Assembly (NCBI GenBank): GCA_951406725.2
Contig: OX597819.1
Span: forward strand, 61,442,001 to 61,506,000
From: Octopus vulgaris
Taxonomy: Eukaryota
DNA length: 64,000 nucleotides
Reading direction: 5' to 3'
In this document: positions 55,259 through 64,000 of the stretch, piece by piece
How positions within the stretch are numbered: the first letter of the stretch is position 1
Layout: the number at the start of each line of letters is the position of its first letter
The notes under the pieces: model-generated
Database searches by the model: none
Seen by the model: only the letters and a program-made list of their open reading frames with translations
Told to the model about the DNA's origin: nothing
Position numbers and translations under genes: made by a program

Positions 55259-57567
55259 ATGTATGTATACAACTGAATGCATCTGTGTGAGGTGCTTATC
55301 TACAAGCGCGTGCGTTTGTGCGCGTGTGTGTACGACGTTTCATAAATATAGAGTTATTTATGCGCATACACCTACACAATCACATGTATTCATATATCCA
55401 TATGCATATACGCACACATGCGCGCTCAGGCAAAGGTTTACATATACACATATATCTATGTATGTACGCGTGTGTACGTGCATGTGAATTTGTGCGTATG
55501 TGTAGTTATGTGTGTGATCGTGTGCGTGACTGTGTGAGTGTGATTCTGTGTGTGCGTGTGTCTGTGTCTGTGAGTAGATTATAAGTGTTCGTGCGTGATA
55601 GGGAAGAAAAAAATTGCTGTGGTTTTATCGTAAAAATGCTCGAGACGCCTTGTAAATTGAGACACTAATATTCCACTTCGTATGGTCCTATAAATAGAGA
55701 GACAAGAGTTTAATCTTGGTGTATTTTTAGCCACATATCCATATCCTATGGGCCAAAAACAATGGCGTCGACAACTTCCGGTCTACCGGCTGAAGTTACT
55801 CAATAAATCAACTAAGAAACCACGAAAGAAAACCGAAATTTCGAAAAACTCAATCCATCTTTTTGGAGATAAAAATAACTTTGTCTTGATATTTCATGTT
55901 TTAAAATAAAAACGAAAATGCTCGGTGAATCTCTTCAATTTAGTGAGTTACAAACCAGTGTTTAAAAGTGGATGAACGTTTCAGCTTCCTGTAACGTAAT
56001 AGCGGTATATTGAAAAATAATGATACCTGTAATATTACCTGTAGTATTGAATCTCATAGAGTAAAAATATAATCATACGATGTTAATCACTATTTGTAAG
56101 AAACAAAAGCTTTTTGTTTTCTTTATCAGCAAATAATTATTAACGTTTAATAAACTCCACAATAATACAAGGCATTCATAAAGCTGGAAACTGACAGAAT
56201 CATACATTAACTTGCTGGGCAAAATGCTTAGCGACATTTCGTCTGTCTTCTTGTTCTGAGTTCGAATTCCGCCAAGAACGACTTTGCCTTTCATCTTTTT
56301 GGGATCGATAAAATAATACAAGTTGATCACTTGGGTCGATGTAATCCCTAAAATATTGCTGCCTCTGTGCCAAAATTTGAAACCAATGTAAGACATACGT
56401 ATACTAGGAATAGTTGGAATCGTCTCATCTCGTCCCTAAGATTATATCGGTTACATATGTTACATAGGCGGTGAGCTGGCAGAAACGTTAGCATGCCGGA
56501 CGAAATGCCTAGCGGTATTTTGTCTGCGTTACGTTGTGAGTTCAAATTCCGCCGAGGTCGACTTTGCCTTTCATCCTTTCGGGGTCGATAAATTAAGTAC
56601 CAGTTACGCACTGGGGTCGATGTAATCGACTTAATACCTATGTCTGTCCTTGTTTGTCCCCTCTGTGTTTAGCCCCTTGTGGGTAATAAAGAAATAGGTT
56701 ACATATGTTACTTGTAAGCGTCAACTGCCGCCAGAAAACCGTACATCAGGAGTGTAGCCATAACTAAATATATTGTTACGGGACGGAACAACGGCATTTA
56801 TTGGACATACAATTAGAGACGTTTATAATTTCCTAAGTTTAATATTTGTTTGTGGAGGCACATAGCTTAGTGGTTAGAGCAGCGGACTCGCGGTCGAGGG
56901 ATCGTGGTTTCGAATCTCAGACCGGGCGATGTGTGTGTTTATGAGCGAAACACCTAAGCTCCACGCGGCTCCAGCAGAAGGTAATGGCGAACTTCTGAGT
57001 CTTTCGCCACAACTTTTTCTCACTCTTTCCTCCTGCATCTTGCAGATCACCTGCAACGGACCAGCGTCCCGTCCAGGTGGGGAACCTATATGCCAACGAA
57101 ACTGGGAAACCGACCCTATGAGCCAGGCATGACTTGAGAAGGAACAAACAACTACAACAAGTTTATTATTTGTTTAATTTAGAAATGTTGATCAAGGTGA
57201 ATACTTCTGGTTCGGAAAAATCATTAATTCGGAATGGCTTCGGAACCAAAGATTCCGGAAAATCGATGTTGTGCTTGTAGTTACTTGATTTATATATTTT
57301 CGTCTGTTTACTACTCCAAGTTTCGATACAAGCTTTTCAAATCCAATTTGATCGATCTTCAGATAGATGTATAAATTATTGAGTCACAACGTATTTGCAG
57401 GCAGTAAACAACCATCGACTTAACGCATGTTTGTGTTCAAAGAGCTAGAAAGTCATCTCTAGAGTTTTCCAACTGGTTAATATATATATATATTATTTTA
57501 CATATAATCAATTGGGACATGTATCGTCTCGTGTACGTTCGTAAACAAATCTGGCTAGAGTATATAT

Positions 57568-58062
<495 letters not shown>

Positions 58063-58610
58063 ATATATATCGAGATTCTGTTATTTTATAACCTTCTATT
58101 CATTCTTTCTCGCGTAGCAAGTTATTTTGATCGGCCATTTTATTACTCATAGATATGTCTTGGAAGGAATACCAAAAGTTCATCAGCAGATGGGTAGGCG
58201 AGATTGGCCCCCTTTATGACACGTCTTTTGCACTGTCACGTAGCATGTTATTATAAGTTCAGAAATGTGGGAGACCTTCTGTCAACACCTGGCATATGAC
58301 ATCATATTGCTAGGTTTGGGGTCCATTAACTGCAGGACACTCAGAAAAATGTTTCGAGTGCTACAACAATTACCAAAAAGCAACAAAAAAAGCAAAAGAC
58401 GAAAATGCCCCCAAGAGGCGTAGACATGGGTGTGTGATAAGGAGATTGCTTCCCAGCTATATGTTTCTGGGTTCAGTCCCACTGCATCGCAACTTGGGTA
58501 ATTCTTTTTTTACTATAGCCTCGGGTCGGCCCCAAACTCGTGAGTGGATTTAGTAGACGGAAACAGAAAAGAAGCCCGTCGTGTATGTATGTATATATAT
58601 ATATATATAA

Positions 58611-58662
<52 letters not shown>

Positions 58663-59240
58663 TGTGTGTGTGTGCGTGTCTTTGTGTCTGTGTTTATCTC
58701 ATCATCACTGCTTGACAATTGCTGTTGGTGTGTTTACGTCCCCAAAACGCAGTTGTTCGGGAAACAAGACAAATTGGATAAATAGCTAGCTTGAAAAAAT
58801 AAGTACAGGGGTACATTCGTTCGACTAAAATTCTTCAAGGTTGTGTATTAATTTCTTTTGAAATATAATAAAACATTAACTTCGATGTGTAATTAAATAT
58901 GAATTTTTATTAAATGTGTATTTAAATATGAATAATTGGAAGTATTAATATTTACTAAATGAAGCGGTGAGCTGGCAGAAACCTTCCTTTGTCGGACGGA
59001 ATGCTTAGCGGTATTTCGTCCGTCTTAACGATCTGAGTTTAAATTCCGCCAAGATTAACTTTACATTTCATCATTTCGGAGCTGATAGAATAGATACCAA
59101 GGTCGATGTAATCGAAATATTTCCTCCCTCGAAATTGCTGGCCTTGTGTCCAAATTTGAAAGTAATCTTTTTATCCTTTATCAATACCGGTTGTCAAGCG
59201 GTGGTGGCAGAACAAACACACACACGAGCACACACGTACA

Positions 59241-59304
<64 letters not shown>

Positions 59305-59419
59305 ACAGCCGAAATTTGCCATGATGAATCGGTTTCTGACTGAAGAACGAAGGCTCTGAATTACTGTCCGTTTTTCCGTGTTTGTCAATTCGTGAATTTC
59401 ACGTTCTTTATATATGTTT

Positions 59420-59461
<42 letters not shown>

Positions 59462-59675
59462 CTATAAAAAATCTCTAAAAGAGATATAGACAGTAACTGC
59501 TCGATAACATAAGGGACTAAAGCCATCTGAATATGGCTAGGGACAGGGCAGGGTGGTGGGGGTGTTACTGTTGCATTTAGCCCCAGGCGAAAATCGACGT
59601 CACCAGAAAGGCTAGACACCGTCACGGTGTCCTTATCCTGCAAAGGGAGGTAATTCCCCGATGAAGCGGAAACCA

Positions 59676-59721
59676 CACACGGACCATGGTTTCAAGGTGT
59701 ATTGCCTATCGTCGGCGTGTG
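59676..59721 (-). ncRNA. Type I hammerhead motif, CCGACGA core variant (unit 1)
   Basis: Minus strand CACACG-CCGACGA-TAGG-caataca-CCTT-GAAAC-CATG-GTC-CGTGTG: 6-bp stem I, palindromic stem III ACCATGGT, GUC triplet. Confidence 0.72.
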
Positions 59722-60035
59722 GTAGGCTTCCGCTTCCTCGACGAATTCTCACTCTGCAGGATTTTCACATATAGATTTTCAAGCAAAATACATTTGCTGA
59801 TTTCGAAAATCTGTTCGAAAGCAATAATAATTCTCTAAAAGAGATATAGACAGTAACTGCTCGATAACATAAGGGACTAAAGCCATCTGAATATGGCTAG
59901 GGACAGGGCAGGGTGGTGGGGGTGTTACTGTTGCATTTAGCCCCAGGCGAACATCGACGTCACCAGAAAGGCTAGACACCGTCACGGTGTCCTTATCCTG
60001 CAAAGGGAGGTAATTCCCCGATGAAGCGGAAACCA

Positions 60036-60081
60036 CACACGGACCATGGTTTCAAGGTGTATTGCCTATCGTCGGCGTGTG
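60036..60081 (-). ncRNA. Type I hammerhead motif (unit 2)
   Basis: Identical to 59676-59721. Confidence 0.72.
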
Positions 60082-60395
60082 GTAGGCTTCCGCTTCCTCG
60101 ACGAATTCTCACTCTGCAGGATTTTCACATATAGATTTTCAAGCAAAATACATTTGCTGATTTCGAAAATCTGTTCGAAAGCAATAATAATTCTCTAAAA
60201 GAGATATAGACAGTAACTGCTCGATAACATAAGGGACTAAAGCCATCTGAATATGGCTAGGGACAGGGCAGGGTGGTGGGGGTGTTACTGTTGCATTTAG
60301 CCCCAGGCGAACATCGACGTCACCAGAAAGGCTAGACACCGTCACGGTGTCCTTATCCTGCAAAGGGAGGTAATTCCCCGATGAAGCGGAAACCA

Positions 60396-60441
60396 CACAC
60401 GGACCATGGTTTCAAGGTGTATTGCCTATCGTCGGCGTGTG
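60396..60441 (-). ncRNA. Type I hammerhead motif (unit 3)
   Basis: Identical to 59676-59721. Confidence 0.72.
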
Positions 60442-60867
60442 GTAGGCTTCCGCTTCCTCGACGAATTCTCACTCTGCAGGATTTTCACATATAGATTTTC
60501 AAGCAAAATACATTTGCTGATTTCGAAAATCTGTTCGAAAGCAATAATAATTCTCTAAAAGAGATATAGACAGTAACTGCTCGATAACATAAGGGACTAA
60601 AGCCATCTGAATATGGCTAGGGACAGGGCAGGGTGGTGGGGGTGTTGCTGTTGCATTTAGCCCCAGGCGAACATCGACGTCACCAGAAAGGCTAGACACC
60701 GTCACGGTGTCCATCGGGGAATTACCTCCCTTTGCAGGATAAGGACACCGTGACGGTGTCTAGCCTTTCTGGTGACGTCGATGTTCGCCTGGGGCTAAAT
60801 GCAACAGTAACACCCCCACCACCCTGCCCTGTCCCTAGCCATATTCAGATGGCTTTAGTCCCTTATG

Positions 60868-60929
<62 letters not shown>

Positions 60930-61483
60930 GTATGTATATATGTATATATATATGTGTGTATCTCTCTCTTTTCAGTCATTTTTGACTGCGGCCATGCTGG
61001 AGCACCGCCTTTAGTCGAGCAAATCGACCCCGGGGCTTATTCTTTGTAAGCCCAGTACTTATTCTATCGGTCTCTTTTGTCAAACCACTAGGTGACGGGG
61101 ACGTAAACACACCAGCATCGGTTGTCAAGCAATGCTAGGGCGACAAACACACACAAACACATACACACACACACATATATATATATATACATAAATATAT
61201 ACGACAGGCTTCTTTCAGTTTCCGTCTACCAAATCCACTCACAAGGCATTGGTCGGCCCGGGGCTATAGCAGAAGACACTTGCCCAAGATGCCACGCAGT
61301 GGGACTGAACCCGAAACCATGTGGTTGCTTAGCAAGCTACTTACCACACAGCCACTCCTGCGCCTATATATACATATATATAATATAGTTGAAGTTTATA
61401 GAAAAACTAAAAAACAAAAGACGAAGACAGGTGTATGAACAACAAGGAAATGTATTAGTTTGACGCTCGTGAAAAATGAAAGT

Positions 61484-61519
61484 CTTTTACGTTTCGAGCC
61501 TGCGCCCTTCAACAGAAAG
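61484..61519 (-). ncRNA. Minimal hammerhead-like motif, variant core
   Basis: CTTT-CTGTTGA-A-GGGC-gcag-GCTC-GAAAC-GTA-AAAG; A6 changed to U. The flanking repeat is related to 22345-22430. Confidence 0.45.
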
Positions 61520-63640
61520 GAATAAGAAGAAATAAACAAAGAGAGAATGAAAAATACTTTTACAATTCAGCAGTCCAACATGGCTAATGTATGTATGTAT
61601 GTATGTATGTATGTATGTATGTATGTATGTATGTATGTATGTATGTATGTATACGACGGGTTTCTTTCAGTTTTCGTCTAGCAAATCCGCTTACAAGGCT
61701 TTGGTCAGCCCAAGGATATAGGAGATAACACTTGCCCAACGTGTCACGCGGTGGGAGTGAACCCGGAACGATGTGGTTCAGAAGCAATAGTTATTAAATC
61801 TGATAAGCCAAAACAATGTGACAGAAATTAATTTATAACGTCTTTTCAAACATTGTATTTTTTTCCTTTTATTTTGTATTCGGGTATGAATATATTAACA
61901 TGATATCCATCCATCCATCCATCCATCCAACCATCCATCCATCCATCCATACATGCATACATACATACATACATACATACATACATACATACATACATAC
62001 ATACATACATACAAAACATAATTGTGTGTAATTTTCATTATATCTTCGAGTAAACCATCAGAACTGACAACTAGAGAAACAGACCATTTTAAAACCGCAA
62101 CAAATGTGTTACTTTAACAGACAGGCTGTGTCTAAGAACCAAATTTGAATCAGAAGAGGAACGGCCTATGAAGAACCACTTGTTTCTGGAACACAGTAGC
62201 AGTCTTTGATGGAACTAAAAAGAAAAAAAAAAACAAGAAAAACACGCATTTCAAGTTTGATGTATTGTTATAGAAAGATAGCTGTTTAAGATTGTTATTG
62301 CATATAAGGAGACAAACGGTAAAGTAGATTAATTATTCCAAGCTAAAAATATTTAAGATATAACCAAAAGAATAGGTATCAGTTTTTTTTAAGCACTAGA
62401 TTCATTTCATTGAACAATCCAATGGTTTTGACCAGCGTTTGCCTTTTGGCCCCTTTAATTCCTGTTTCACTCAGATGGTCCCTCCTATTGTATTTTCATA
62501 ATTGAATATTAAGAATTTTAAGATCTTTTATTCTTTTACTTGTTTCAGTCATTTGACTGCGGCCAGGACTTATTTTGTGTAAACCTAGTACTTATTCTAT
62601 CTGTCTTTTTTGCAGAACCGCTAAGTTACGAGGCCGTCAATACACCAACATCGGTTGTCAAGCGATGGGGAGTGGACAAACACAAACACACAAATACATA
62701 CAAATGCACATACACATACACATACACACTCACACACAAACATATATATATATATACGGTGGGCTTCTTTCAGTTTCCGTCTACCAAATCAACTCACAAA
62801 GCTTTGGTTGGCCCGAGGCTATGGTAGAAAACACTTGTTCAAAGTGATACGCAGTGGGACTGAAGCTGGAACCATGTGGTTTGGAAGCAAGCTTCTTACC
62901 ACACACCCACTCCTGCGCCTATATAAAAAATTGTATAAAAATTGTTAAAATATTTTGTTTATTGTGGAAGTATAACCAATTTATTGCAGATAGATCTTAA
63001 CAGCAAAACCTTATGTGGAACCCGAAGGGTCTTGTGGACTCCGGTTGAGAACCACAGAAGTAGAAACTTCGAAGTGGTGCTTCAGCATGGCCGCTGTCCA
63101 ACGACTGAAATAAACAAATGGATATGCTCTTCCAGCAGTGTAGTTATTCACCACACACACACACATACACACACACACACATACACACACACACATACAT
63201 ACACACACGAATGAACAGGCATACATATACGCTGGGGTAGGGGTGGAAGAGATTTTAGTCCAGGACGAATATAATACCTAAAATCGATCTCCGTATATAT
63301 TGATTTGCAGGCGAGCGCATCATCGATTATGCCACGCTCAGATTACATTTCATTCTCATCAATCAGTTATAAATATCTAACTGGGTATAAATGTCATTTT
63401 GGTGCGCAGAAACCTGTCTCGTCAGTTAATGTTCGATGTTTATGTATGTGCATGTGTGTGTGTATATGTGCTATGTGTGTGTGTGTGTGTGTGTATGTAT
63501 TCATAGACACAGGCGTGGCTGTTACGTAAGAAGCGTGCTTCCAAAACACATTGTTCCCGGTCCAGTCTCCCTGCGTGGCACCTTGGGTAAGTTCCTTCTA
63601 CTTTAACCTTGAGCTGAACAAAATCCTTGTGAGTGGATTT

Positions 63641-63703
<63 letters not shown>

Positions 63704-63806
63704 AAAAATGTGTCAAAGCCATCAGGAGGCGTCGATGCTTCCTAGGGTTAAACAGCGGTGGTGTACCCCCTACTGTCACGTTCGTATTAGATTGACAGTA
63801 TACAAC

Positions 63807-63856
<50 letters not shown>

Positions 63857-63904
63857 AAAAAAATCAAGGTAGAAATTGCTAAAATAATTTTATAAAAAAC
63901 ATTT

Positions 63905-63942
63905 CAGGTACTGGTTTCAGTCATTGAGACTTCTTCAACTAT
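63905..63942 (-). ncRNA. Degenerate minimal hammerhead motif near (TA)n
   Basis: TTGAAGA-AGTC-tcaat-GACT-GAAAC-CA-GTA; stem I is weak. Confidence 0.4.
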
Positions 63943-64000
63943 GCAAATATTCTTTTAAATATACTTTGCATTTAATTTTTCCAAAATTTAATTGTGTTCC

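Larger units (their letters stand above)
59472..60869. mobile_element. Retrozyme-like element: ~3.45 tandem 360-bp units plus 157-bp inverted arm, inside (TA)n
   Basis: Near-identical units with period 360 (59472-60712). 60713-60869 is the reverse complement of part of the unit. (TA)n lies on both flanks. Confidence 0.88.

Noticed and set aside
59422-61049. Repeated 85-aa ORF MVSASSGNYLPLQDK... as a tandem gene family
   Set aside because: Non-ATG start, no recognisable domain, runs into microsatellite, and is explained by the structured non-coding repeat unit. The same applies to the ORFs in the 560-bp unit.

Overview
AT-rich, repeat-dense eukaryotic DNA. The SINE families, microsatellite load and TTAGGG repeats suggest a mollusc, probably an octopus (inferred from repeat style, not verified). 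Host coding content is limited to exons of one Ig-domain gene (1506-1692, 6485-6621, probably 9659-9723). The rest comprises: tRNA-derived SINEs; decayed mariner/Tc1, hAT, RTE, L1/Tx1 and R4/Dong-type elements; a near-complete Penelope-like element (RT + GIY-YIG, ~15.5-18.7 kb); and a ~14.8-kb telomeric array that switches strand at ~36022 and ends at a 100-N gap. The most notable signal is a set of unrelated non-coding elements carrying minimal type I hammerhead ribozyme motifs: a 560-bp unit, a 360-bp tandem unit, a ~350-bp palindrome and several solo or degenerate copies. The three largest sit inside (TA)n tracts and share a divergent inverted layout, resembling retrozymes or Penelope-mobilised RNAs. 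Most ORFs in the supplied track are microsatellite artefacts.
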